A stretch of 63,296 nucleotides of DNA, counting the filler, from Chiloscyllium plagiosum (lineage: Eukaryota): NCBI RefSeq assembly GCF_004010195.1. It is 4 parts of one record of this genome, joined end to end, with 100 filler letters (N's around TTAATTAATTAA, not from the genome) between each part and the next. Parts side by side here need not be neighbours in the genome. Positions count along the whole stretch, not along the records: positions 1 to 26,193 come from NC_057716.1; 3 more parts are not named here. One strand, written 5' to 3'. This document shows positions 1 to 13,420 of this stretch, piece by piece. Below the pieces are notes generated by a model that saw nothing but the letters and a program-made list of their open reading frames with translations, searched no databases and was not told the DNA's origin. The position numbers were made by a program, and so were the translations under genes. How positions within the stretch are numbered: position 1 is the first letter of the stretch; every line of letters begins with the position of its first letter.

Positions 1-46
1 GGGGGGAGGAGAGCACGCCCAAAGGCGGCGGGGGAGCGCGCCCCCA

Positions 47-126
47 AAGGCGGGCAAGAGAACGAGAAGGCGGGCAAGAGAACGAGAAGGCGGGTAAGAG
101 AACGAGAAGGCGGGTAAGAGAACGAG
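47..126. repeat. 20-bp tandem repeat (AAGGCGGG[C/T]AAGAGAACGAG) x4
   Basis: Four consecutive near-identical units read directly. Confidence 0.9.
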
Positions 127-127
127 A

Positions 128-359
128 CACAGACACGTCATTTGGAGATGGTGCCTGGCCTCCCATCAATGTCCAGGACTGTTCTCAGCAGCATTTTAGT
201 AAGCCAACTTCACTTTTAATCATTGTAAACAAAAGTTGCAACTGGTGTTGGAAACACCTCTTTGCTGTACAGTAACATTTTTAACGGGATCTTGGGATCT
301 TCTTCGGATAATCCGTAATTCCGATAATTGACATTCGGGTAATTAAGGTTCCTCTATAT
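128..359. mobile_element. Right end of a Tigger/pogo-like non-autonomous DNA transposon
   Basis: Ends in TTCGGGTAATTAAGGTTCCTCTATA, resembling the TIR of the MITE at 752-881; the left end is not in the window. Confidence 0.5.
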
Positions 360-751
360 ATAAACGCAAGATTTTTCTGCCTTTGGAGTTTTGTGAGCAG
401 ATGGAAAAGTTGAAAGTTAAACCTCAAGAGGGAAAAGATACATTCTCTCCACTACCTTCTTCATTTGCCCAAATCCTTACAAAAACTAAGATATAGGACA
501 CCATGTTTAGTGGACTATTTTATTCTTCCCCAAGTCAAAACTAAATCACAACGGTGCAAAGGTGGCATGAAATGCGAAAATTCACTTGATTAATTTGCAA
601 CTGAGTGAATCAGACTACCACGATGCTTTTGGCCCCAAGGAATGATTCATTAGAATTCTATAAGACTGCTAAAGAAACTTGAAGGCATGTTGTAGGGTTG
701 AAAATAGCAGCAATGTAATTCTGGATCAATAAAATTTTTTAAAATGCAATA

Positions 752-881
752 CAGAGGAACCTGGATTATCCGAAAAAGATCGCAAGGTCCTGATGCTTGG
801 CTAAACTGTGTTAACTGAACATTCGATTATCCAACCAAAATACTCCCCAACCATGTTGTTTGGATAATCAAGATTCCTCTG
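752..881. mobile_element. Tc1/mariner-pogo (Tigger-like) MITE, 130 bp
   Basis: TIRs CAGAGGAACCTGGATTATCC / GGATAATCAAGATTCCTCTG, flanked by TA at 750-751 and 882-883. Confidence 0.85.
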
Positions 882-958
882 TATTTAAAGGCAATAAAAA
901 ACATTTTTATAACAAAGACAATCTTTCCTCACCTCTGCTGAGCAGAAGCATGACTTAC

Positions 959-1102
959 CAGATCGATAGCGTTCATCCCTGGAATTAGAGGCTCGTGATT
1001 TGGGCTGCCTGGTTGCAGCCACAAAAGCGACAGAGGAGGAAAAAGGTGAAGGCTGGATCGGTCCTGGGAGCCTGGACTCAATTTGAAAAGAAGGATCCAC
1101 AC
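959..1102 (-). CDS. DIP2A: DIP2A (disco-interacting protein 2 homolog A) internal coding exon, likely exon 3, DMAP1-binding region
   Basis: Acceptor ctctctaaag| and donor |gtaagt; 144 nt, phase 1-1. Reads (G)VDPSFQIESRLPGPIQPSPFSSSVAFVAATRQPKSRASNSRDERYRS(D), matching recalled human DIP2A GIDPSLQAENRIPGP...KSRPTASRDERFRSD. Confidence 0.9.
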
Positions 1103-2002
1103 CTTTAGAGAGAATTTTTAAAAAGTACGATTTAACTTTGGTTCACCGAACATGCAATTCCACAGTATACATGCTGAAGGAGAACTTCGATTTGAGGGGT
1201 AGTTAGGAAACAGAAGTAAGAATTCTGCAGTCATCTAAACCACCCTCTTCATCTTTTTCCCCACTAAGTGTAGAAATGACTTTGTTTCAATTAAGTAGCG
1301 TTATTTTAGAGTGTTAATAACAGATTTTGTTTGGTTTTGATATAAAGTCAGGACAGATCATTTGTTGTAAACTTAAACAGGAATCTGGAGCTTTCAGTGC
1401 ACTAGTCAGGTTCAATAACCCATCACTAAAACTTCACAATGACAAATAAACATGGTGAATTACATTAAATAATGCCTCTCTAAGGCTGCATAAGCAAATG
1501 TGTTATATCCAGTATCGTCTCGTTTCAGACACTGAATTCCTCATTTATACAACACGAACTTACATAAAAAATTTGACTATTTATCGGTGTTTCACAACTG
1601 CCCTTACTGGCAGAACGAACGCAGCATTTCTTTTCACTGCACTTCCGATGTTAGATATGATATTTTGGCTTTTAAAAAAAAATGTAGATTCATAGATTCA
1701 TATGGAAACAGGCCATTCGGCCCATCAAGTCTACACCAACCCTCCAAACATGATCCCACCTTCCTAAATCAAAATTTAATATTTGCATTTGAAATGGGAA
1801 GATGGCAGCACAGTAGTAATGTCCCTGGAATTAGAATTCAGGGGCTGAGGTTAATGACCCTAGACGCACAGAAATGTGCAATTCAGATCTGCAACATGTG
1901 CCAGCCTTGCCAGCAACACCCATATCCCATGAAGCAATCATAAAAACTTCACAAATCGGAAAAAACCAATTAAAGCAATCGATTGAGATACAGATTAAGA
2001 AT

Positions 2003-2206
2003 GCTGTGGTTCTGTTCGCCGAGCTGGAAGTTTTTGTTGCAAACGTTTCGTCCCCTGTCTAGGTGACATCCTCAGTGCTTGAGGCTCCCAAGCACTGAGG
2101 ATGTCACCTAGACAGGGGATGAAACGTTTGCAACAAAAACTTCCAGCTCGGCGAACAGAACCACAGCAACGAGCACCCGAGCCACAAATCTTCTCACAAA
2201 CTTTGA
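2003..2206. mobile_element. Palindromic Penelope-like (PLE) pLTR-derived mini element with 13-bp TSD
   Basis: 80-bp inverted arms (2002-2081 / 2089-2168, one mismatch); TSD ACAGATTAAGAAT at 1990-2002 and 2207-2219; same family as the PLE 3' end at 20797-21132. Confidence 0.9.
2092..2131 (+). ncRNA. Minimal type I hammerhead ribozyme motif (PLE type); mirror copy at 2039-2078 on the minus strand
   Basis: GCA-CTGAGGA-T-GTCACC-TAGACA-GGGGA[T/C]-GAAAC-GTT-TGC fits CUGANGA / stem II / GAAA / short stem III / NUH with a 3-bp stem I. Confidence 0.65.
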
Positions 2207-2744
2207 ACAGATTAAGAATTTCCCAAAGTCAAATTAAAGCTTTAAATGATATTAATTGTGGCCTAAATTTGGAAAATAACCATCAACCCAATTACAACAT
2301 TTAGTAGACATTTGGATGGATATATGAATAGGAAAGGTTTCGAGGGATATGTGCCAAATGCTGGCACGTGGATCTGGTTGGTGCAGAGGAGTTAGTCTAA
2401 AAGGGTCTATTTCCACATTGCATAACTTGATACTCTTTTGAAAGGATGAATCAAAGACTACAGACTAATTAGTAGCTTTGAATTTTCAAATCAGTTCTCA
2501 AACAAGTCTTCAGATATTTCTTTTCCCAACAACTTGTATTAGACTACTTCCAGACTACACCAGACAGATGTGAATTTGTACATAACATGAAGAAACAGTA
2601 GAATTAAGATCCTAACATACCTCTTGGATTAATACTTAACAATACATACGAAGCTTGAAGCATGATGAACTGGCTGGAGTTATTCAAAAATCAAGTACAG
2701 TTGCAATTGAAATGAAAGACTTCACAGCAATCTAGGTTTGATCA

Positions 2745-2925
2745 ATATATTGTTTCAGTTGCATGACATTGTGACCTTTTGCTATAAATTCTGTATCTTA
2801 TGATCCTGCTCCACAACTACCTGAAGAAGCAGCGCTGCAAAAGCTAGTGCTTCCAAATAAACCTGTTGGACTATAACCTGGAGTTGAGACTTTTTAATCT
2901 TTGTCCACCCCAGTCCAAGACCGTG
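2745..2925 (+). mobile_element. PLE pLTR fragment (CCTGTTGGACTATAACCTGG family)
   Basis: Shares AAGCTAGTGCTTCCAAATAAACCT[G/A]TTGGACTATAACCTGG with 18316-18517, and a diverged version with 5481-5678. Confidence 0.65.
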
Positions 2926-3814
2926 TTTGACAAGAAGAGGAATTCTTCCACTTAAACCAAACTGAAATTTTCATGTAACTTAAATCTGCAATCCTCCAGT
3001 AAAGTTACACTGAATTGAACTAAATTTAAGGTCAGAGGTCACATTATCTTGACTGAGGTAATAGGATTCTGTCACTCCATTTTAGCTCATACTTACTGAT
3101 CATATTCTTTGGAAAGATGCCGTAAATTGTTCAGGCCCAGATAAAAATCAAAAATGTCCTTCAAGGGATAAACATGAACAGTTCGACAACTCTGAAGATT
3201 TAGCAGGAAGCATATTCCTCACACAAGATGCATTTTAACAGGTACATGAATTGGAAAGGTTTGACAGAATATGGTCCAAATGTAGGCAAATGGGACAAGG
3301 TCAGTTTAGAAAACCTGGTTGGCACAGAGAAGTTGGGTTGAAGGGCCTATTTTCATGCTATATGACTCCACTGTGGTGTTATAAGAGATTTACTTTTGTT
3401 AAATGACTGAAAACTTAAAAAAAATAGCTTTAATCTCAGACTGTGGAAATCAAGACTGACAAGCCTAACTACCAACTCTGAAACAAAGCATAAATGGCCA
3501 TTCATTCTGACTTTGCAGTCCCACAGCAAAATGGCAGAATTCAATTTAAAACTATGGCTAATTTGTGTTTCAAGAATATACTTCTGCCACAAATTATCAA
3601 GCTATCTCTATACATTTAATATATAAAAGTAAAGTACAGCTGCAAACTACAATGTGGCAGAACTGGAGTCCCAAACATTCATAGAAGCCTCTGGAATTTT
3701 GCAGGTTAATTCAAAGGACTCAAATGGAGCATCAGCTCAAACTTGAGCATTTTTCTCTATTGTCTCCTCAATCTATTGCAACATTCTCCATATTAAGTGC
3801 TCACGCTCTAGTAA

Positions 3815-5310
3815 GGTCATACAACTATACAGCATGGAAACAGATCTTTCGGTCCAACTTGTCCATGCCAATGTGGTATCCTAAATAAACCTAGTCCCAT
3901 TTGTGAGCACTTGGTCCATATCCCTCTAAACCCTTCCTATTCATATACCCATTCAGATGCCTTTTAAATGTTGTTATTGTACCTACATCCAACACTACTT
4001 CTGGCAGCTCATTCCATACACGTATCACCCTCTGTGTGATAAAGTTGCCCATTAGGTCCCTTTCATAGCTTTCCCCTCTCATTCCAAACATATGCCCTTG
4101 AGTTCTGTACTCCCCACCCTGGGGAAAAGACTTGCCTATTCACGCCACTCAGTATTTTAGAAACCTTTATAAAGATCACTCTGCTGCCTCTGATGCTCCA
4201 GGGAAAATAGCCCCAGCCTATTCAGCCTCTCCAAATAAATCACACCCTCCAACCCAAGCAACATCCTTGTATATCTTTTCTGAACCCTTTGAAGTTTCAC
4301 AACATCCTTCCTGTAGTAGGAATACCAGAATTGAACACAGTAATGTAAAAGTAGCCTAACCAATGTCCTATACAGCTGCAACATAACTTCCCAACTCCTA
4401 CATTCAATACTCTGACCAATAAAGGAAAGCATACCAAACGCCTTAGTCACTAACCTACCTCCCTGCGACTCCGCTTTCAAGCAACTATGAATCTGCATGC
4501 CTAGGTCTCTTGGTTCAGCAACACACCCCAGGACCTTACCATAAAGGTGTATAAGTCCTGCCCAGATTTGCCTTTCCAAAATGCAGCACCTCACATTTAT
4601 TTAAATTAAACTTCACTTGTCAAACCTCAGCCTACTGGGCCATCTAATCAAGATCCCATTGTACTTGAAGTAACCTTCTTGGCTATCCACTGCACCTCCA
4701 AATTCTGTGCCATCCACAAACTCACCGACTATACCTCATATGCTCACATCAAAATCATTTATACAAATGACAAAAAGCAGTGGAAGTAGCACCGATCCTT
4801 GTGGCACAGCACTGGTCACAGGCGTCCAGTCTGAAAAGCAATCCTCCACCACCATCCTCTGCCTTCTACCTTCAAAAGGATGCAAATGACTAGTTACCCC
4901 TGTGATCTAATCTTGCGAACCAGTCTACCACGAGAAACCCTGTCAAGTATCTTACCAAAGTCCATATAGACAATGTTTACTGCTATGCTTTGATCAATTT
5001 TTTTTGTCACTTGTTCAAAATACTTCAACTTAGTAAGATACACTATGCCACATACAAAGCAATGCTGGCCATCGCTAGTCAGTCCTTGCCTTTCCAAATA
5101 CATGTAAACCCTGTCCCTCAGGATTCCCTCCAACTTTTTGCCCACCACTGGATGTTAGGCACACTGGTCTATAATTCTCTGGCTTTTCTTAACTACCTTT
5201 CTGAAATAGTGGCACTACGTTACCCAACCTCTAGTCTTCCGGCACCTCACCTGCGACTATTGAGGATACAAAGATCTCAGCACAGGGCCCTGCAATCACT
5301 TCCCGAGCTG
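3815..5310 (-). mobile_element. CR1/HER1-type LINE, RT C-terminal half plus 3' tail, degraded
   Basis: Peptides VYMDFGK, LQLYRTLVR..HYCVQFW, FITQRVIRVWNELPE; multiple frameshifts. Confidence 0.9.
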
Positions 5311-5480
5311 TAATAATAGTTATTTTATTTCAGTGTCCCCCATGTTGCATTTTTTCATTGTTCATTGTGGAGCAATTCTAATCCAGGTCTTTATTCTCTT
5401 CTTGTTCCAGATATGTTCACTAAAATACCTCCATTCCCTTTTCATCGCAGCTGCAAATGCTTTCCTTGAACATATTTTCC

Positions 5481-5678
5481 AAAGTCAGAAGTAACATGAC
5501 ACCACGTTTTAGTCCAACAGGTTTATTTGAAATTGCAAGCTTGAATGCTGCTCCTTCTTCACCGAAAGGAGCAGCGCATCAAAACCTTGTCATTTCAAAT
5601 AAATCTGTTGGACTATAAACTGGTGTTGAGACACTTCTGACTTTGTCCACCCCAGTCCAACACTGGCACCACCACATC
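5481..5678. mobile_element. Palindromic PLE pLTR-derived mini element (older)
   Basis: Inverted arms AAAGTCAGAAGT...AGTCCAACAGGTTTATTTGAAAT / ATTTCAAATAAATCTGTTGGACT...ACTTCTGACTTT plus a one-sided tail. Confidence 0.75.
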
Positions 5679-6789
5679 ATTGCTGACAAATACACTGTAC
5701 ATACTGTTTTCTTCCAGTTGCACATGCCATCTGCTTTCAATGCAGAGCTGCTCTTATGAAATCCATCACATAAATTAACTTCCGGTACCTTGCAATAAAT
5801 TTTGTTCTAGTTGTTCTCAAGGACTACTTTTAAACTGTTTATAGCAACATAATGAGTCAAGCAATGTCATTTTGCAGCACTACAACCATGGGAAGCAGTT
5901 TCCCAAACACACTTCCTGCATAAGTATTACCAGGAGACAAGGTTTGTCCCCTCTTGAAAAGCTCAGATACCTTTATTCACATTTGTTTTTATAAGTGTTA
6001 TGTTTTGCAAAAAACTAGTTATCAGATTCAGATGTATTAAATATATCTGTCAAAAATTAGTGCTTCAACTCAAGCATGGGCTTACTCAGGGAGGTAACTC
6101 AAGTGATTGTTCAGGATAATCACACGTAACAGAATCTCCACCAGCAAGTGAGAGATGGCAACTACAGCAGTTAAATGGACATTGCTGTGTCAAGCTCTCT
6201 TTGAGGCAAGGAGGCATGATGGGAAAGATGATCATACGTCAGGTCATGGAATAAGACAATTAGATTTAGGAGCAGAATGCAGCAATTAGGCCCAAGTGTC
6301 CTTCATCATTCGATCATGGCTATGCTTTCCAGCCACATTAGCCTGCAATCTCTCCATAACCCTTGATCCCCATACTAATCAAAAACCTAATTCCAAATAA
6401 ATTCCATAAACACTGCCAAATTTAATTTGAATTTTCCTTCATATTTGGAATGACCAAATGCCAGTTGAATGAAGAATTCCTCCTTCGTCATCTTTGGGCC
6501 TTCAGAATACTTAAATCTCCCCTAAATTTCTAGTGTAGTTGGCTAAATCCACAACACAGGTATCAAAACACAGGGACTAAAGTTGAAAGACACCTGGCTG
6601 AGCTGGAGCAGATGGTGGAAGAGTTTAAACTGGCATTGACTTTGACAAGAGGCTGAAGCTGGATCATTGCAGACTCGGGTGTTAGCCGTCAGAATAATTC
6701 CTTTAGGCCAAACTTAGAGCTACCACATGCCTCTTCAGAGTCATTTCCTTGACACGACATTGGAAGGAAGTGAAAGTGGACATTATACT

Positions 6790-7324
6790 TAGAGTCATGG
6801 AGACATACAGCACTGAAACACACCCTTCACTCCAACTTGTCCATGCCGACCAGATATCCCAACCTAATCTCGTCCCACCTGCCAGCACCCAGCCCATATC
6901 CTTCCAAACCCTTCCTATTCATACACCCATCCAGATCAGATGGCTTTTCAATGTTGCAATTGTATTAACCTCCACCACTTTCTCTGGCAGCCCATTCCAT
7001 CCACACACACACACACACACACACACCACCCTGTGCGTGAAAATGTTGCCCCTTTGGTCTCTTTTATATCTTTCCCCTCTCATCCTAAACCTATGCCCTC
7101 TAGTTCTGCACTCCCCCACCCCAGGGACAAGACCTTGACTATTTTCTCTATCCATGCCCCTCATGGTTTTATAAACCTCTATAAGGTCACCCCTCAGCCT
7201 CTGGCACTCCAGGGAAAACATCCCAAGCCTATTCAACCTCTCCCTATAGCTCAAATCCTCCAACCCTGGCAACGTCCCTGTCATCTTTTCTGGACCCTTT
7301 CAAGTTTCACAACATCCTTCCAAT
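6790..7324 (-). mobile_element. CR1/HER1 LINE 3' fragment with internal (CA)n expansion
   Basis: LPGLEDLSYRERLNRLGMFSLE..LRGDLIEVYK; CA run at about 7002-7026. Confidence 0.9.
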
Positions 7325-8595
7325 AGTTGTTGTTTAATAGGAAATGAGATAGATTCAGGGGAAAACCAGAAACACCCAATCATCCAGAAACTAAAGAATG
7401 GATTGAAAACATACAGCTAGACATGGCATCCAGGGGCAGCAGAAGTAGGTAGCTGGCAGTCATGATGGAACATCAGTGTGAGAAAGTCTATCAGTAAGTA
7501 GAAGAGGAGGTACAGATGTTCAAACATGTCTTCAGCAGATCTGAGGTTCTGACAACAGCTTCTAGGGGGCAAGAGTATCTTGACAGTTAGAGCAGAGGAA
7601 CACAAGAAATCCAAATGAAAGGACATTTTGTGCATCCATGAAGTTGTTTCATCGTGTCTGTCTCCAGGATATCTCCATCAAATTGAGCAGGCAGTTGAAG
7701 GGCCACCTGTTAAAAGCAGTGAGTGATGGACATGTCCAGATGGAGCTGAAGATGCTGAAGAGTGGCAGACTTCAATTGTCTTTCTTCGAAATGCAGGCTC
7801 ACAAAAATCCAGAACTTGGAAAAAAAATGGTCTCCAAAAACCAGAAAAAAAAGGATACCAGCAGGGAGCTGACTGCCAACATGGATGGAAATGGAAACCT
7901 CAGGCTGAAAAGTCAGGTCCAACAGATTTCTGCACAGCAAGCGCAGATCCAATTCTTGCTGTCTTATCTCATGATAAACCCTGTATTTGATCCCACCAAA
8001 AGGATGTTCCAAAGAAGTGTTGGAATTGTGACAGGGCTGGGCACTTCTAACAAGACAATAAACACAGGCACCAATGCTGCTCGACTCAGATACTCCATCT
8101 GTGTGCAAAGGCATTACTTCCCACTAGATGTTACGTTACTTAAATATCCTGAAAGCCAGGCAAACACCAAAGTTCCTTCAGAAAGAGGCTGTCTTATGTA
8201 TAACGATAAGGACTGTCCTACAGCAAATGCATTAAATTTGTCAAGGTAGAAGTGACATTGCTAATCAACACAGGAACTGCAGTGTCAACCACTATTCACC
8301 AGTTTTTCTGTGAGCTGATTCAGATCTCTTTAATCATTGGGATTTCTGCTTTCTCAAAGGTTGGACAACTCTAATCACGGTTACATAATGCTCTCCCAAC
8401 CTGTCCTCAGTCGAAGCTTTCAAAGCCTGGGCCTTCTGGTAGTTCATCACCCACTTGTGGATACTTGAGTTGAGAATACTTGGATGTTGTGGCTGAGTGT
8501 ATTAAGATATAACCAGGCATCCTTGTGGACAGTATGGGGACTAATATAAATCAGTACATTACAAGATTGGGAGATGGAGCAGAGTCATTGGCCTT

Positions 8596-10645
8596 GTTCC
8601 AGGTGCATCATTGGAAGGCAAAGAATAGGAAGGGCAAGATTTGCGAACTGTGGATGACAGGAGAAATTGTACGACTAGCCAAGAGGAAAAGGTCTGGGCA
8701 GCTAAGAACAGAACAGGCCCTGGAGGAATATCAGAAGATTAGGATAAGTCTTAAACGAGGAATCAAGCGGACTAATAGGGGTCATGAACTAGCAGCGAGC
8801 AGAATTAAGGAGAATCCCAAAACATTTTATTCTTATAAAAGAAGAGAGTTGGTAACTAGAGAAAGGATTGGTTCACTAAGGGACAATGAAGGAAGGCTGA
8901 GTGTCGAACCTGAGAGAGAGTGGGTGAGATTCTGAATGATTACTTTGCATCATTGTTCACTGGGGAGAGAAACATGATGAATCTTGAGATTAGAGATAGA
9001 AGTTTGATTAGTCTGGATCACGTTGGGTCTGGATAAGTAGGGAAGATGTGTTGGGTAGTCGAGAGGTTAAGGTGGACAAATCCCCAGGACCAGATGGGAT
9101 CTATCCCAGGTTGCTGAGGGATGCGAGAAATGAAATAGCTGGGACCCTGACACATATTTGCGGCATCCTTAAATACAGGTGAGGTGCCAGAGGATTGGAA
9201 GGTTGCCCATGTTGCCCCCCGTACAAGAAGAGTAGTAGGGAAATTCCAGGTAACTACAGACCAGTGAGAGGACTTCGGTGGTGGGAAAGTTGCTGGAGAG
9301 GGTACTGAGGGATAGGATCTATTTATGTTCAGAAAAATAATGGGCTTATCAGTGATAGGCAACATGGTTTTGTGCGGGGGAAGATCGTGTCTTACCAACT
9401 TAATAGAGTTCTTCGAGGAAGTGACCAAGTTGATAGATGAAGGAAGGGCTTTGATGTCATATATGTGGACTTTAGTAAGGCATTTGATAAGGTTCCCCAT
9501 GGTAGACTAATGGAGAATGTGAAGTCACATGGTGTGCAGGGTGTTCTAGCTAGGTGGATAAAGACCTGGTTGAGCAACAGGAGACAGAATAGTAGTTGAA
9601 GGGAGTTTCTCTAAATGGAGAAAGGTGACCAGTGGTGTTCCAAAGGGGTCAGTGTTGGGGCCACTGTTGTTTGTAATATACATAAATGATCTGGAAGAGA
9701 GCACTGTTGCTATGATCAGCAAGTTTGCAGCTGACAAAAAGGTAGGTGGAGTAGCAGAAAGCATAAAGGACTGTCAAAGAATACAGGGGGATATAGATAG
9801 ACTGGAGAATTGGGCGGAAAAGTGGCTGATGGATTTCAATCCAGACAAATGTGAGGTGATGCATTTAGGCAAGACTAATTCTAGAGCGAATGATACAATG
9901 AATGGAAGAGCCTTGGAGAAAGTTGATGGGCAGAGAGATCTGGGAATGCAGGTCCATTGTACCCTGAAGGTTGCTGAACAGGTTGATAGAGTGGTCAAGA
10001 AGGCATATAGTATGCTTGCCTTAATTGGGCAGGGATTTGAGTATAAGAGCTGGCAAGTCATGTTAAAATTGTCCAAGACATTGGTTTGACCACATTTAGA
10101 ATATTGCGTTCAGTTCTGGTCGCCACATTACCAAAAGTATTGGACGCTTTGGAGAGGGTGCAGAGAAGGTTTACGAGGATGTTGCCTGGTATGGAAGGTG
10201 CTAGCTAAGAAGAGAGGTTGAGTAGGTTAGGATTGTTTTCATTAGAAAAAAAAGGAGATTGCGGGGGTCCCGAATGAGGTTTACAAGATCTTGAAGGGTA
10301 CAGAGAGTGTGGATAGAGACAAGCTTTTTCCCAGGGTGAAGGATTCCATAACGAGAGGTCATACTTTCAAGGTGAGAGGTGGAAACTTTAACAGGGATAC
10401 ATGTGGCAAGTACTTCACACAGAGGGTGGTGAGCGTCTGGAACGCGTTGCCAACAGAGGTGGTAGAGGCAGGCACGGCAGATTCATTTAAGATGTGTCTG
10501 GACAGATGCATGAGTAGGTGGGGAGCAGAGGGATACAGATGCTTAGGAATTGACCAACAGGTTTAGACAGTACATTTGGATCGGCTTAGTCTTGAACGGC
10601 GGAAGGGCCTGTTCCTGGGCTGTAAATTTTATTTATTCTTTGTTC
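8596..10645 (+). mobile_element. CR1 LINE ORF2 (RT) 3' two-thirds plus tail, degraded
   Basis: KENPKTFYSY, SCLTNLIEFFEEVT, GVPKGSVLGPLLFVIYINDL..KFAAD, YFTQRVVSVWNALP. Confidence 0.92.
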
Positions 10646-11489
10646 TTATCATCCTGTACCTGACCTTACAACTATTTCAGTAAGAGAGAAACAGGTTTTT
10701 CTCTACAATATGGCCACACCATCATTGTTCTCAAGTCTCATGCCAGCCTTCTCCAACATGCTGACATCAGACCTTGATACAACGTCGTATCACACAGCAC
10801 AGCTCCTATTTAATGCAATGCTAGGAGTTTGTGTCATCACTTTGGGGGAAAAGGATAATGGCACCTCGGCAGATTACCCATTTCAGCACCACGATGTTCG
10901 CCTCCAATCAAGAACACTGGTACATGTCCTTAAAACTGCCACTGTCATGGACAGTGGATCAACTGGAGGAGACATTTCCAACCTGATTCCAAATCCCAAG
11001 TAAAAACATGCAAAATTTGCAGAATTCAAGAAAACTGGGAAATCAATACAAATAAATTAATAATTAAAACTGAAAATTATGAAAAAATTAAAAACATGAT
11101 TGCAGCTGGATCAAGATTGAGAAATAAATGTTCTGGATTCATCAGGAAGTACACATGTATAAACATTGAAGAGTAAGGTTAAACTGTGATGGGGTAGTAT
11201 TATAGGACAAGAACATTAGGATTAAACTGAATGTTTACAGAATGATCCTTCTGGATTCAGTTGCAGTAGAGCAAAGGTTTAACTTTATTACTGGAACACT
11301 ATGTTTAGATCAAACAATGTAATGTAAAATCAGGATGAAATGAGTAGGTAAATTCAGGTACGCATTAATAACTATTATTAAGTAGACAAGATTTTAACTA
11401 TCCAAGAAAAATACAAACCTTCAAGGCAATGGAGGTGAGAAAACTGACAGATACTTTCCGATCTTCATCAATGTGTTGCTTCAAAATGT

Positions 11490-11840
11490 CAGGCTTGTTA
11501 ACTGGTAGCATTCTAGTCTCTAATTGAGAATGCTGTCAGTTCAAGGTGCACTTCAGAAGATGCCCATAATATAAGGTGGCACTTCAATGGAGTACAATGA
11601 GGTGGTGTGCTGCATTTTCAGACTTTCAGTTTATCAGGTGAGAAATCAACTCAAACATCAGATTATGTTTGTTCAAGTCGACATAAAGATACCACACCGC
11701 TTGAAGAGGAGTGAGATATTCTAATAACTTTGCCATTTTTTGTTTTTTGAATACAGCCATTCTTTTATGGTTGTGTTCTGCCACATGTAACAATATTTGC
11801 ACTTGAGTGCTTTTGAGTGCTTCAAGAACTTAATGCGATG
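11490..11840 (+). mobile_element. Old Deu-domain (SacSINE1/AmnSINE-like) tRNA SINE remnant
   Basis: Degenerate tRNA-like head and body similar to the copy at 47225-47690; family call from recall. Confidence 0.45.
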
Positions 11841-13123
11841 TTCCATCATTTCTTCCTCAAACATTACAATAAAGGGGAAAATATTTAACGTGGTTCCGAA
11901 TGCGAAAGGAAAACAAGCCGGTTGCCTAAAAGCCTATTTTAAAGTAAGGAGGCACTGTTCAAAACGTAGATTCTAATTAACGAACAGCAAAGTACTAAAG
12001 TCTTAGCACCATAGCAAACCATTGAACTCCCTCGCTGCACAGTTATTACTGCACTAAATTGATTTATAGGTCTCAAAAACATGGCAGTGAATTATCTACC
12101 TGCTGCTGCAGTCCCTCTGACAAGGTGACAATAATTAACACGTATATGGCATCACTACAGTAAAATGTGAAGCTAATGTTTGTCAAATTCTAAAAATTAC
12201 TAAAATTTCATACCACCCAACAAACTGTTCAATCAGCTGACCTCTGTATTAAGATGACGACAAAAAGAATTGACCATCAACAATTCTTGTTCAAATAAAA
12301 AGCAATCCTTCCAGAATAATGGCCAAATTTAAGCGCTTAATCTGAATTGTCATCAACTTCCCTGGAGTTCTGCCCAGTGTTTCTCCTCAGCAGCAATAGG
12401 AAAAAAGGATGCGGATTCCACCAAAATTTATTTCCAGCTGTACATATACACTTGGGTGAAAAAAACCAATGAAATATCATTAGCAATTTGAAGTTTCTCA
12501 CTGCAGCCATGCACCAGATGAGCAAGGACTACCAAAACATTTAAGATCTGTAAAGGTCAATTTTTAAGTCAGCCTGGATCATATCCACTTGCACCATGTT
12601 AAGCAGCTTGATATTACTTGCTGGTCACAAGTTCAGCTAACCCTTACTACTCCACATGTTACGAGGGTTATTTTTCACTCTTGGACACCTGTAATGCATG
12701 TCCAGAATTAAACAAAACTTGGCTCAACCCATTCTTCGAGGAGTGATCATCTGTTGGATCAACAAAATTCAGTGGATGTAGTCATGTCCTTGAACGAGCA
12801 AAAATTCTGATCTCTGACAAAAAGATGACGACTTAATGTGAAGGATTATGCAAACAAGAGAAAGTGAGGAAAATGCACTGAAGACCTTGTTGGAAAGAGT
12901 GGCAGGTCAAGGATATATGTGGCCCATACATGTCTGCTCTAAATGTTTTATCTCCATTGGTTCCATCGATGATTTGAATATACAGCTAGAGGGATTTACA
13001 AGCGCTGTAATAGCAAGCATAGTAATCAAATGAAAACCAAATGAAGCAGAAAGAGGAGAATGATAAAGAGTGGTAGAAGCACAAAGTTGCAGATGTAGTT
13101 CATTGTCAGTGCAAGAATAATGG

Positions 13124-13420
13124 CTTGCACTTATATCGCATTTGCACAACTGTGGAATACCCTGTGCACTTGTCAGCCAATTAACTACTTTTGAAGTGTA
13201 GTCACAGCTGCAATTTCAGAAATCTAGCACAGCAAGATCTTGAGACAAAGAAGTAATGATCAAATTATCTGATGTAGTGTTGTCACTTGTTGGGCAACAA
13301 GGAGAATTTTGCCACTCTTCTTCCAAATATTGGTCTAGCATTTCTTAACAATCACTCTAGAAGGCAGTGTTTGTAATGCCTCAACTGAACCATGAGGTCT
13401 CCAACATTCAGCACTCACTT
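13124..13420 (-). mobile_element. Old Deu-domain SINE 3' remnant
   Basis: CTTGCACTTATATCGC...CAGCCAATTAACTACTTTTGAAGTGTAGTCAC...CACAGCAAGATCT, homologous to 47225-47400. Confidence 0.5.

Noticed and set aside
7638..8249. 203-aa plus-strand ORF
   Set aside because: No recognisable domain or splice structure; probably the antisense frame of a decayed retroelement (possibly PLE) within the DIP2A intron.
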